Shown piece by piece: positions 13,311 to 27,491 of a stretch of DNA of 64,000 nucleotides; positions within the stretch are counted from its first letter, which is position 1, and each line of letters begins with the position of its first letter. Source of the stretch: Octopus vulgaris (lineage: Eukaryota); NCBI GenBank assembly GCA_951406725.2, contig OX597814.1, positions 211,730,001 through 211,794,000 of the forward strand, in the 5' to 3' direction. The translations under genes and the position numbers were made by a program. The notes below the pieces were generated by a model. That model was not told the origin of the DNA. It did not search any database and saw nothing but the letters and a program-made list of their open reading frames with translations.

Positions 13311-15799
13311 TACATAACGTGTTTGCGTCTGTGGAATAAAAGAAATGTAGAAATTTTCTTTTTCTCTTCTTTTCCGTCTTTGACAAATGAGGTAATGATT
13401 AATAATATATATTTGAATCTACTCACAAATTCGTGTCACTGCATTGAAATGAATTAGAAGAGCGTATTATCTTTATCACTGTAATTAAAAATTTTACACT
13501 ACTTAGTCGATCCGTTAGAAATTTGTTTCCTCAATAGACTTTTAAAATCTAATTGGATAGTCTGCTTCATGATCGGCCTTAAGTAGTGATTGGTAACTTG
13601 GCAGATAATCATCTATAAGTCAGACACTAATATAGTTTCTTCGAAATCTTCGTTGCCTTAATTATTCCAGTAAAACAACCGTCGGCATTTAGATACACTT
13701 TCAAATGTTATAATCACTACCGCTTCAGTCGAAAACTGTAAAGTATATTATATTCGTCCGTCATACAATTATCGACGATTCACTGATAAACATTTAACTA
13801 GAAATAGACGCAGTATATTATATATTTATATAAATATATAAGGATTTACTGTTATCTAGTATGCAGAATATTAAGAGCCTATCACAGGCGATTTTCGCTT
13901 ATAAAACAGTCAGTTATTGGATGTCATCATTCTCATTTCTTTTGGTTCATTTCTGAAATCTGTTTAGATTCTCAACATATCATATTTTCATAATGCAACT
14001 TAATACACTTTGAAAAGAAAGTGAACTTCTTAGAAGTCGGTATTTTGATATAATGAAAAATAATGAAATAATTTTAAAATGTACTGATTTCAAAAACCTA
14101 TAATTTTAATGTGAAAAATATTTAATAGATGCATGTAAGCGATATACGTTTTTTGCAAATGTAGACTGCGATTTCTAGTCATAACACTTGTTAAACGAAC
14201 AAATAGAAGTTGCTGATATGAACACAGAATAGAATCCATTTCGATATCATATTTCTATAAAAGTTGTATCTTTTGAGGTCTAAAATATTACACTTAACAG
14301 CAACACAACAACAAAAAAATGAATGATGTCGAAACAGGAAAGGTTATTCAAAAGACTGACCCCTATCGCTGCATCAAAGACAAAACTTTTCGCGATTTGT
14401 CTCCGTATACTGTTCTAACAGACGCCAAGATGTTTATATTAATTGGATGCCTTAATAAATTTTGTAGGAGACAAATGGTACAGCGCCTAATAAACAGACA
14501 AGTATTAGATGAAATAAACATCTCTCACTAAATTCATATTTCAAATTTTATTGGTCATCATTGTATAACTTATGTTCATACACTTCTCAGATATCCTAGC
14601 GTATTTGTCTATCAGACGAAGATCGTATATAATAGAGAAATTGCATTTCGTGATCGGATTAGTTTCACTAGCTTTACTACTGCGAGTAAATAGTAAAACG
14701 CATTCTATTGATGTATTTTTTGAATATAGGAATATAACTATGGATTCTAGTTTAAATGCTTTATTATTTCAATACAGTTCTTTAATTTTTGCAAGAAACA
14801 CATCTTGTTTGCAGAAGAAGAATATAGTTGAGACAACACTATCGTGTTAATTGAATATCTATACACATAACTCTGAATTCCAAAGGTTCTCTTTTCACTT
14901 ATACGATTTGTAGAAAAAAACTGAGACGAATATATTTCTCACATGCACGTATTTCAAGTTTTGCCAGTTGCTATTATAACCTTTCATAATTCACTTGGAA
15001 TATATTCAATAGATAAGAGTAAGTATGTCTATCGTTCTAAAAATATCAGTCTAAAGACGGTGGAAAACCATGGGCACATGGTCGAAAACATTCAAGAAGT
15101 TAAAATACTTTCTTAGTGCTAATAGAGGATTTAAATATATTTTCACAATATTGTTTGTGATAGTGGCCTTTCGTCAAGGAAATACAAGGAAAACGCTACA
15201 AGGTTAGTGAGGGTCATAGCCGAAACTAAACTGTTTCTTATATCAGATGTCTATTCTAAACAACTGGTGTATCAAGATATATCGTCTCACTTCAAATCAG
15301 ATTTAGCTTAATTTGGATGTATAGGGTTACATGCTACTAAAGCGGCAAGTATATCTTGCATGTTACTGCACATGAAAAACTTCTATACTCTTTGTAATTT
15401 ACTTTTATTGCATTGACCAAGTTTCATAAACTTACTGGAGTGTATTGCACTATTCACTGCCAAGCCATTATACCTCAACACCTTTCTAAATTTTTCTAAT
15501 CGGTATTACTTGAGTTCATCAGAAGTGTTCAATTTATTCAATTATATTAAGACTAGGGCCATGCAACTAAATATTGTGAGAATCTGCTCACACTCATGAG
15601 TTCAATGATAAAATATCTGCCGGAAAGATATACTCTACATAGGAAATCAGCAGGGAGAAATTATACAATTCTTACTGTCAAAATTTGCATAGTAGACACC
15701 GATCTTGTATTCATGTAATATTTTCTGTGATGTGTCCACACATTTAAAACTGTCGAGAGTATTATTTTGCTTTGGATTAATTAAAAACAATGTTTCGAA

Positions 15800-15860
15800 A
15801 CAGTTCTATATTTAAGAGATGAGGAATTATGTACATTATTTACATTATTTACAACTGACG
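15800..15860 (-). mobile_element. 3' tail of the tRNA-headed hammerhead element
   Basis: Colinear with 27492-27552; reverse complement CGTCAGTTGTAAATAATGTAAATAAT matches 27829-27855 and 20329-20357. Confidence 0.7.

Positions 15861-15862
<2 letters not shown>

Positions 15863-15937
<75 letters not shown>
15863..15937. repeat. (AAT)n microsatellite
   Basis: About 25 perfect AAT units running in register into the 24-bp array. Confidence 0.97.
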
Positions 15938-18900
15938 GACTGGCCAAATATCTCGAAATATGACTGGCCAAATATCTCAATATGACTGGAAATATCTCGA
16001 CTGGCCAAATATCTCGAAATAAGACTGGCCAAATATCTCGAAATAAGACTGGCCAAATATCTCGAAATAAGACTGGCCAAATATCTCGAAATATGACTGG
16101 CCAAATATCTCGAAATATGACTGGCCAAATATCTCGAAATATGACTGGCCAAATATCTCGAAATATGACTGGCCAAATATCTCCAAATAAGACTGGCCAA
16201 ATATCTCGAAATAAGACTGGCCAAATATCTCGAAATAAGACTGGCCAAATATCTCGAAATAAGACTGGCCAAAATATCTCGAAATAAGACTGGCCAAATA
16301 TCTCGAAATAAGACTGGCCAAATATCTCGAAATAAGACTGGCCAAATATCTCGAAATAAGACTGGCCAAATATCTCGAAATATGACTGGCCAAATATCTC
16401 GAAATATGACTGGCCAAATATCTCGAAATATGACTGGCCAAATATCTCGAAATATGATGGCCAAATATCTCGAAATAAGACTGGTCAAATATCTCGAAAT
16501 AAGACTGGCCAAATATCTCGAAATAAGACTGGCCAAATATCTCGAAATATGACTGGCCAAATATCTCGAAATAAGACTGGCCAAATATCTCGAAATATGA
16601 CTGGCCAAATATCTCGAAATATGACTGGCCAAATATCAAATATCTCGAAATAAGACTGGCCAAATATCTCGAAATAAGACTGGCCAAATATCTCGAAATA
16701 TGACTGGCCAAATATCTCGAAATAAGACTGGCCAAATATCTCGAAATAAGACTGGCCAAATATCTCGAAATATGACTGGCCAAATATCTCGAAATAGACG
16801 AATATATGACTGGCCAAATATCTCGCCAAAATATGACTGGCCAAATATCTCGAAATATGACTGGCCAAATATCTCGAAATAAGACTGGCCAAATATCTCG
16901 AAATAAGACTGGCCAAATATCTCGAAATATGACTGGCCAAATATCTCGAAATATGACTGGCCAAATATCTCGAAATATAAGACTGGCCAAATATCTCGAA
17001 ATATGACTGGCCAAATATCTCGAAATAAGACTGGCCAAATATCTCGAAATATCTCGAAATAAGACTGGCCAAATATCTCGAAATAAGACTGGCCAAATAT
17101 CTCCAAATAAGACTGGCAAATATCTCGAAATAAGACTGGCCAAAGACTGGCAAATATCAAATCAAATAGACTGGCCAAATATCTCGAAATAAGACTGGCC
17201 AAATATCTCGAAATATGACTGGCCAAATATCTCGAAATATGACTGGCCAAATATCTCGAAATATGACTGGCCAAATATCTCGAAATATGACTGGCCAAAT
17301 ATCTCGAAATAAGACTGGCCAAATATCTCGAAATATGACTGGCCAAATATCTCGAAATAGACTGGCAAATATCTCGAAATATGACTGGCCAAATATCTCG
17401 AAATAAGACTGGCCAAATATCTCGAAATAAGATGACTGGCCAAATATCTCGAAATATGACTGGCCAAATATCTCGAAATAAGACTGGCCAAATATCTCAA
17501 AAACTGGCCAAATATCTCGAAATAAGACTGGCCAAATATCTCGAAATATGACTGGCCAAATATCTCGAAATATGACTGGCCAAATATCTCGAAATAAGAC
17601 TGGCCAAATATCTCGAAATAAGACTGGCCAAATATCTCGAAATATGACTGGCCAAATATCTCGAAATAAGACTGGCCAAATATCTCGAAATATGACTGGC
17701 CAAATATCTCGAAATAAGACTGGCCAAATATCTCGAAATAAGACTGGCCAAATATCTCGAAATAAGACTGGCCAAATATCTCGAAATAAGACTGGCCAAA
17801 TATCTCGAAATAAGACTGGCCAAATATCTCTCAAATATGACTGGCCAAATATCTCGAAATATGACTGGCCAAATAGACTGGCCAAATATCTCGAAATAAG
17901 ACTGGCCAAATATCTCGAAATACTGGCCAAATATCTCGAAAATAAGTCTGGCCAAATATCTCGAAATATGACTGGCCAAATAACTCGAAATAAGACTGGC
18001 CAAATATCTCGAAATATGACTGTCCAAATATCTCGAAATAAGACTGGCCAAATATCTCGAAATAAGACTGGCCAAATATCTCGAAATATGACTGGCCAAA
18101 TATCTCGAAATAAGACTGGCCAAATATCTCGAAATAAGACTGGCCAAATATCTCGAAATAAGACTGGCCAAATATCTCGAAATAAGACTGGCCAAATATC
18201 TCGAAATAAGACTGGCCAAATATCTCGAAATAAGACTGGCCAAATATCTCGAAATAAGACTGGCCAAATATTTCGAAATATGAATGGCCAAATATCTCGA
18301 AAAAAGACTGGCCAAATATCTCGAAATATGACTGGCCAAATATCTCGAAATATGACTGGCCAAGACTGGCCAAATATCTCGAAATATGACTGGCCAAATA
18401 TCTCGAAATAAGACTGGCCAAATATCTCGAAATATACTGGCCAAATATCTCGAAATAAGACTGGCCAAACTGGCCAAATATCTCGAAATAAGACTGGCCA
18501 AATATCTCGAAATATGAACAAATATCTCGCTGGCCAAATATCTAGCTTACAAAACAACCACATATTGGACTGGCCAAATATCTCGAAATAAATATAAGAC
18601 TGTTCAAATATCTCGAAATATGACTGGCCAAATATCTCGAAATAAGACTGGCCAAATATCTCGAAATAAGACTGGCCAAATATCTCGAAATAAGACTGGC
18701 CAAATATCTCGAAATATGACTGGCCAAATATCTCGAAATAAGACTGGCCAAATATCTTGAAATAAGACTGGCCAAATATCTCGAAATATGACTGGCCAAA
18801 TATCTCGAAATATGACTGGCCAAATATCTCGAAATAAGACTGGCCAAATATCTCGAAATAAGACTGGCCAAATATCTCGAAATAAGACTGGCCAAATATC

Positions 18901-20070
18901 TCGAAATATGACTGTCCAAATATCTCGAAATAAGACTGGCCAAATATCTCGAAATAAGACGGCCAAATATCTCAAAATATGACTGGCCAAATATCTCGAA
19001 ATAAGACTGGCCAAATATCTCGAAATATGACTGGCCAAATATCTCCCGAAATAAGACTGGCCAAATATCTCGAGAAATATGACTGGCCAAATATCTCGAA
19101 ATAAGATGGCCAAATATCTCGAAATAAGACTGGCCAAATATCTCGAAATATGACTGGCCAAAATATCTCGAAATATAACGAAACACAAATACAGACCACA
19201 ATTGGACTGGCCAAATATCTCGAAATAAGACTGGATCAAATATCTCGAAAATCTCGAAGAGAAAATATCTCGAAATAAGACTGGCCAAATATCTCGAAAT
19301 AAATGGCCAATTATCTCAAGTACAATAAAAGAAAATATCGAATATTTTAAATATTTAAAAGACTGGCCAAATATCCGAAAAAGACTGGCCAAATATCTCG
19401 AAATATGACTGGCCAAATATCTACTGGCCAAATATCTGACTGAAATAAGCTGATATTGACGAAGCAAGCAATCTCGAATAAAAACGAAAAACTATTCATA
19501 TGGCTGCTAAGACCACCAAATATCTCGAAATAACACTGGCCAAATGTATCTGAAAAATGACTGGCCAAATATTCGTTGCCAATATCGAAACAGTGGCCAA
19601 ATATCTAATATCTGGCCAAATATCTTAGCACTGGATAATAAGATACAGAGTTCAAATATCTCGAATAATCGGCCAAATATCTCGAAATATGACTGGCCAA
19701 ATAACTCTGACTGGCCAAATATCTCGAAAAAATGTAAATATCTCGAAATACTTTCCAAATATCTCGAAATAAGACTGGCCAAATATCCAGGATAGTTGTG
19801 AAAGAAAAACTAAATTTTATTTCGATAGACTGGCCAAATATCTCGAAAAGACTTTGACAACTCAGAAAATATAAGACTACTCAAATATCTCGAAAAAGAC
19901 TGGCCAAATATCTCAAGACTGGCCAATACCAGTGATCGTAGGAGACTGGAATATTCAAAAGGGAACCAAATTATCTCGAAAATGACTGGCCAAATATCTC
20001 GAAAAGACTGGCCAAAAGATTGTCTTAACTGGCCAAATATCTCGAAAGACTGGCCAAATTCTCGAAATAG
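15938..20070. repeat. 24-bp tandem satellite GACTGGCCAAATATCTCGAAATA(A/T)
   Basis: Roughly 135 near-perfect head-to-tail units to ~19170, then increasingly garbled copies; traces to ~20716; no spacers. Confidence 0.97.
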
Positions 20071-20928
20071 AACTGTTGCTGCCATATTTAATAAACTTTA
20101 AAAAAAAAAAATGAACGAATATTGAGTATGGACTGGCCTACAATATACATGAGTTTCATATCCCTAGATAAGACACTCCAAATAATAGAAGCAAATTTAA
20201 TAATAAAATATAAATATATAATAATATATATAATATACCCAGGTATATATATATATATAAGATATATATACTGGAATATATCTCAAATAGACTGTGTATA
20301 ATATATATATATATATAAAGACAAATATCCGTCAAATGTAAATAATGTAAATAATGTTCAACGTATCTAGACTATAATCTCGAAATATTTACCCAAATAT
20401 CTCGAATACAGCTAGAATGATATCTCGTGCTACCACACATCCATAATTTGAAGTCGAACAAATTGTTTACCAATCTCGAAATTGAATGTAGCCTAGAAAG
20501 CCTGCAACAAATACACTTCCCAAATGTATCCTCGAAATAAACTAAAGCATTTATACTCCAATATATAGCCAAATATCTCGAAATAAAATAGATATGCCAA
20601 CAAGAAAATTTTTCAAAATTTTTTTCTTAGAATATATATTTCCCATACTCCAAAATCTAAATAGATTAATAAAATAAGACTTGATTTAAATTTATTCGAA
20701 ATAGACTGGCCAAATATTCATCATTCGACAGTGGTTTTTGGCTTTCATTGTGAAATGCGTTATTTAACAGTTGTCTATTCTGATGCAGCTATTTATTGGA
20801 ATGTATAGTACGCAACTGGGTTTCCTGTCCGGATAAAACTATTATCGATGTACAGACACTCAAACACACATAGATACATATTTACATATACTTACATAAC
20901 ATGTTTATATATAGATATATATGTACAT

Positions 20929-20985
<57 letters not shown>

Positions 20986-20989
20986 TATA

Positions 20990-21096
<107 letters not shown>

Positions 21097-21682
21097 AAAC
21101 TGAAGATATCTTACTACTTGTAAATGATTGCTATAAAAAGAATACAAACATATTCCCTCCGACAGAGCTTGTTTTGATATAGTCAGGATTTCAGATAATC
21201 TGCTTGTCAGTCTTATTTTCCCACGCTCATAATAGTTTCATGATTGATTATAATGCTAGAAGAACTATCTTCCTCCAGCAACAATGTACGTATAATCCTA
21301 TTCGAGCTCAATATGTCAATTAGTTACCTCACCTTCCTTGATAACCGTCAGCCAATAGAGATAACAAAATAAGTAAAATGCCAACAAGTGCTATACGGTT
21401 ACAATCTGACAAAATTATATAATATTAATACCCAAAATAAAGATATTAATTAAAAATGTAATATATCAAAGTTGCATTTTTTTTTCCAACTCTATTCAAC
21501 AAGTGGTTTTTGGCTTTCATTGTGAAAATGCGTTATTTAACAGTTGTCTATTCTGATGCAGCTATTTATTGGAATGTATACACGCAACTGGGTTTCCTGT
21601 CCGGATAAAACTGTTTCGAGTAACACACCTATGAACTATTCACACTATACTAACTTGGCTAAGTGTAATTATGCACTTTTAG

Positions 21683-21732
<50 letters not shown>

Positions 21733-22584
21733 TTAATAAGGGTGAGAGAATTAGATATAATTTAATAGTATATCTATTCTACACACACAGTGGCCTAGCG
21801 GGGTTCCGAGATATGGATATATTATAATATTTTATATATATATTATAATATTGTTTACATATTTTTATAAATTATAAATGCCTAACTGTATGACTGCCTA
21901 TGACGTGCGTTTCTTATTGTGTTATCAGTGATAATACAATACTCCTGTATTTCAGATATATTGAAAGCCATCAAGAAAACAAACGATGTACGCTGTTGAT
22001 TATTGATGAAACAATGATGTAAACATAATTGCAATAATTATACCCTGTAGAGATTACATTATTATATTGTACATAACAAATTAATCATGTGACAATTTTC
22101 CAAAAGCTTTCTTTGTTATTCCATCTACCATGAAATATTTTTATACCATAATTTTGTTTAAACACGGATTGGTCTAAATAATAGTGTTCAATTTTTTATT
22201 TATTATATTATTAATATATATAAAATATATATATATATATAAATTATTTGTAATATTTTTTTATGTATAGCAAAAAAACACAACTTATCTTTTTTTACAT
22301 TTATAGTGATTTAAATTTTTTACAATAATTTAAGCTTATATAGCAGAGTTCTGTTGTCCACTCCTATGAGTATGCCATTTGTATTTCATTTACTATTTGG
22401 ATCATCCATATCTGAAATAAGAGGAAACAATAAATGCAGACAAGTGTACAACACAAACATAAATAAGATAATGTATAAAGAAATACATATAAGAACATAT
22501 AATATATATATATATATGGTTATATATAATTAAATATGTAAATTTTATAATAAATTACTATAAGTCTTCATAATAAACATATAA

Positions 22585-22618
<34 letters not shown>

Positions 22619-22654
22619 GTATATATATATATATGTGTGTGTGTGTATGCATGT

Positions 22655-22691
<37 letters not shown>

Positions 22692-25600
22692 CTCCTATTT
22701 CACTCTGTTTCACTCATATTTTATACATTTATAAATGCCTAACTGTATGACTGCCTATGACGTGCGTTTCTTATTGTTGTTATCAGTGATAATACAATGG
22801 CGTCCTTGTATTTCAGATATATTGAAAACCATCAAGAAAACAAACGATGTATAAGCTGTTGATTATTGATGAAACAATGATGTAAACATAATTGCAATAA
22901 TTATACCCTGTAGAGATTACATTATTATATTGTACATAACAAATTAATCAGTGAAATTTTCACATGCCAAAGCTTTCCTACAATCCATCTAAAAGAATTA
23001 TGCGTTCTATCTGATTTTTCAAATCTTTTCGCTTTTCTATAAATGTAGTCATAAACACATCAACTAATCAACATTTGGAATGCTGTAGATAGTTTATTAT
23101 TTTATTCTGAGTTTATCCGAGAAAAATCGCTTTAGTACTTTTGGAAAGAAAATATCACATAAAAATTACCTTTTTTTTTAAATTTTCCATAGGCAAAGGA
23201 GAATTCTACAACTTATCTTTTTTTAAACATTTATAGTGCATGAAACCTTCTTTTCATAAGTTACAACGTTATAGAATATACGGAGTTATTCCATAATTTT
23301 GTGTGAGCACATTATATATAAAATAACAATGTGACAGAATAAATAGTACGATTTTTCACCACAAATAACTAAATAAAAGAAAACAATTTCATTAAAGAAA
23401 GGAATTATACCAATTTTTCACAATTTGCATAGTACAAAGGAAAAGCAGATGTAGAAGAGTTTTGCTGAAGTAATTAGTATGGGATAAAAAATTTGACGGT
23501 CCCTTCACTAGATATGTTATGCTGTGGTACCACAGTTTTTGTCCACGATGTTTTTTTTAGAAATCTAAATACCTAAATTTGTTAATTTATTTTAACCAGT
23601 GTCACTAACTGGTACTTCCATATTCAATGTATTTATTTAGTATGTTCCGTAAAGCATAAAAGAATAAGCATGCTTCGTTATGTGTGTGGTTAGGCATTAA
23701 TAATTTAACTTAGTAATATCAAAAATTTAGTAAACTTAGTCACTCAAGGAATCCTTCAGTTATAGAACTGGCGAGATGATATAGTTTAATTGATTGTGTA
23801 GAAGGACTCAGTGTCCCATAAATATAAGTAAACAAGATAAATATCAACATCTTAGAATATAGAAACGAATTTTTAATCAAGCATTCTTAAAATATTTAGG
23901 CTTACGAGCTGAGAATCATGTTGTGCAAATAATAAGGAATCCGTCATGCAAAAAATTGTATTTCAGACACATGGAAAGATTTTTATTCATGTCAATGTCT
24001 CAAAATATATCATAAATTTATACACAAAAACGAGTATAAAACATGAATCTTTGTTATATATTCCACAGTAGAAAACGTTTCTGAAGAGAAGGGGGATTGA
24101 AGAGATTTTTCAGTGAAATGCTTGTGTGATAAACGAAATCATACGGAGTTATTCGTCTTTTTAATTTTGTTATAAGTTGAGTTTCACTGTTCATCATATA
24201 TACATTCGTAGCTACGTAAAATCCGTAGCACAGAGGAAAATAACTGTGGTTTTTTTCAAACAATATTAACTGCAGAGAAATGAAAGAAGGAACGCCTCAT
24301 AAGTTTTGCTTACAATTTGTCAGACAGGAACGAAATTAATAGAGTATTTCACAACGCACAGGTACGAGCCGATGAAACTAGAGATGTGACATGACAGTAG
24401 TATTGCTGGAGATGGCAAATAATGTTCGACGGTCACCTTCACTAGATATGTTATGCTGTGTGTACCACAGTGGTGTAATTACGATGTTTTTGAAGGAATC
24501 TAAAGCCTAAATTTGTTATCAATCATTTTAACGCAGGCAACAACTGCTGTACATAAATCTAACTCCAATAGATTTGAATCTGTAGAATTCTTATTACTAA
24601 GCATACTTCAAGAACTCACATCTTCGGTTACGTGGATTGGCGTGAGTTAGGCATTAAAAACATAATGTGACACTTAGTAATTTTATCAAAAATTTAGTAA
24701 AACTTAGATAGATACACAAGGAATGCGCTCAGTTATAGAAGCGGGTAGTTAGCAATTAATTTAATGAATGTGGTTTATAAATGAAAAAAAAATTTCCCAT
24801 TTATAAAGTAAGTAAAGACATATATTCTCAACAATTTTGTATAGATAGTAGAATAAAATTTCTATGTCGATACTCTTTGCTTGAAAAGGAAGAACTGGGC
24901 ACGTTGATCACCTTTAATTAAATTCAAAATAAGAGACATACTGAATTTGCTCGAGCATTTTCTGGTTAGCAGCTAATGGGAAACAGCTGATGAATTTCTG
25001 TTATTCCATTCCTGATAGTATTCAGTCTTACACACCATTGATATTGCATCTCCTTGTGATGAACTTGATTTATATATGTCACGAACAAGTGATTCTCGAA
25101 ACATGACTTCATAAAACATCTTGTTTTCCCAAATTTCTATAAAACTTCAGAAACTAGAAAACATACGGTGGTGTTATTAATTGAATGTCAAAATTATTGG
25201 TTATATTAAGAAAAAAAACACACACACAAACACACATACACACTCACACACACACCCGAGTGTACACACATAAACACACGCACGTACGCCATACACACAT
25301 GTTCTTGTATGTTCATGTGTATATGTGTGTATGTGTCTGTGTGTGTATTGGAATCTCTATAACTCATACTGAACTTCTATTAAAGTTCCAATCTACCTTC
25401 TAATATATTCTAAAACATGTATAACTGGATTACATACATTGATACAATTCAATTTTACCGGTTAAATATTAATTATAATGCCAGAGATTGACGGCATCAT
25501 CAGTTCGGAGTTCCAACGATGATAACTGGGGTGGAATTTATTCAATGGCGAATTGACTAACCGTATCACTTCATAATTTTCAAGTACTGAAGACAATCTA

Positions 25601-25696
25601 AAATCTCAAATACACTAAGTCAAACATTGAACATACATACTTACATACACACGCACACAGACACACGCACACACACGCACACACACAAACACACAC

Positions 25697-25756
<60 letters not shown>

Positions 25757-25794
25757 TATATGTATCGTGAAGTAAGTTTGCCACCTAAATGTCA

Positions 25795-26129
25795 CTGATC
25801 CATAAGGGACGATGCTACTGTAGCTTATCGACCTAGGAAGAACTCTACTCCCGCTGGCTATTGACACACTCTCTGTGCCCTATCAGTTCTTGCAAAGGGA
25901 AATCATCGTTCCCATCACCGGCCTGACGTGATGCACACGGACCCGATTTTCTGGGTAATAACCCTCATTACCCAAAAATTCGTGTCCGTGTGTATCACGC
26001 CAGGCTGGAGATGTGAACGATGAATTCTCTTTGCAAATACTGAGAGGGCAAGACAGTGTGTCAATAGCCAGCTAGAGGAGAGGTTTCCTGGACCGATAAG
26101 CTACAGTAGCATCGTCCCTTATGAGTCAG
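25795..26129. mobile_element. Foldback MITE-like palindrome
   Basis: Arms 25795-25959 and 25967-26129 are imperfect reverse complements (CATAAGGGACGATGCTACTGTAGCTTATCG / CGATAAGCTACAGTAGCATCGTCCCTTATG) around a 7-nt loop. Confidence 0.8.
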
Positions 26130-26439
26130 CCATAAAGGACAGTGTTAAAATCGAACTGCACACTTCAAAACTTGCACTTTTAAATGCTTGCAGCCTCTAT
26201 GGATCTTAATCCAGTCTCTATACAGTAGCTGTTTGAACACTTGATTATTAGTTAGCAGCTTGATATATTGCAATCAATAAAAGCATGTGAAATCTTTTCA
26301 AATATAAATAAACTGAAAGTATACAAAAATAAGCATTATTTCCCATCTTAATGTTAGTTCTTTTTCATCTGGAAAAATAAACATTTATGTTATGTTTTGT
26401 TATAGTTTATATTTTGAATTACATACATATGGGATACTT

Positions 26440-27330
26440 GTTTGGAGACACCAAACTTTTTCAAGTGCTTAGGGCCTCTATGGGTTTTAATCCTGCTCTG
26501 GGTTAACAATCTGACCAGGAGGAATAATTCGGTTTGGAGAATTCCTCTCGCATGTATAAAACAAATTATCATCTTCTTCACATTGGACTTCACTTGACGT
26601 GCTTTTTTTCATGTTCAGTGATATTGAATGTTTCCATTGACTTTATTGCTGCTTCATTTTCGTGTTGTAGCCGTAGCACTAGCTTTCATCACCAGTGATG
26701 ACATTCGGCAAGCGGTCCGGATCAACTTCTAACTGTTCTTTTGGTTCACGACACCACGCATTCAAATATTATGCTGCAACTTTTTTTCATTTGCAATTTC
26801 TATCTCAAAATTCGTCGGCAGGATCTCCTGGACACACCAGTCATTTCAACAAGTTCGTCAATATTTTGCCGACGGTCGTCCAAGATCAGTTCCTGAATTT
26901 TCGTGATATTTTTTATTTATTCGGGTTGGAGTGGAGACGATCTCCCTGAAGTTGGATAGACTTCAAGCAAAATATGGCGTTCCCTAAAGCGTGGAAACTA
27001 CTCGTTCTCTTGTGTTTTGCTCATACCATCGTCCTTATAAGCTTTTTGAAGCATTACAACTGTTTGGCGACCGTTATCACAGGCAGCAAAAGGAATTTTA
27101 GGGAAAGCACTCTGTTCCTTTGTTTCCACCACCGCAAAAATTGACAAACATGGTAGAAGCACTGCAAAACAAAGAGGCACCACGTAGCAGCACGACTGCG
27201 CTCGTCGACGCCAGATGGCACACTGATGTATGAGGGTCGAATCAAGTGGTTTCTAGAGATGGATGTGTGAATTACAATTTGCTTTCCTCACAGTGATGGC
27301 TTCCGGTTACCTTTGGGTACCACTCGCATA
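26440..27330 (-). mobile_element. Degenerate mariner transposon, 5' portion
   Basis: TIR-like TATGCGAGTGGTACCCAAAGGTAACCGGAA; translated fragments EQSAFPK...TVVMLQKAYKDDGMSKTQ and KSNVKKMIICFIHARGI match mariner transposase; multiple frameshifts. Confidence 0.8.
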
Positions 27331-27491
27331 TATATATATATATATATATATAGACTATAATGATACAGAATAACAAAGGGTTACTAACAGATCAGGTTTT
27401 AAAATATATTAAATTGACATCATTATAAAACATGCCATGTATTTACAAAACAATTCTTCAGTTTCAGTTCGTAACGTTATGAATTGATAAA

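Noticed and set aside
14319-14850. Two short plus-strand ORFs (70 and 92 aa)
   Set aside because: No motifs or splice support; lengths compatible with chance
15781-19467. Long repetitive ORFs (ISRYLASL / FRDIWPVL / YFEIFGQS / TGQISRNK) as a repeat protein
   Set aside because: Automatic consequence of a stop-free 24-bp unit; frequent frame-shifting indels; no unique N- or C-terminal domain
15938-20070. CRISPR array
   Set aside because: Repeats are head to tail with no unique spacers, no cas genes, eukaryotic context
22750-22800. Hammerhead on the minus strand (CTGATAA...GAAACGCACGTC), also at ~21900
   Set aside because: Core mismatch, no convincing helix I or II, and it lies in the suspected artefact zone
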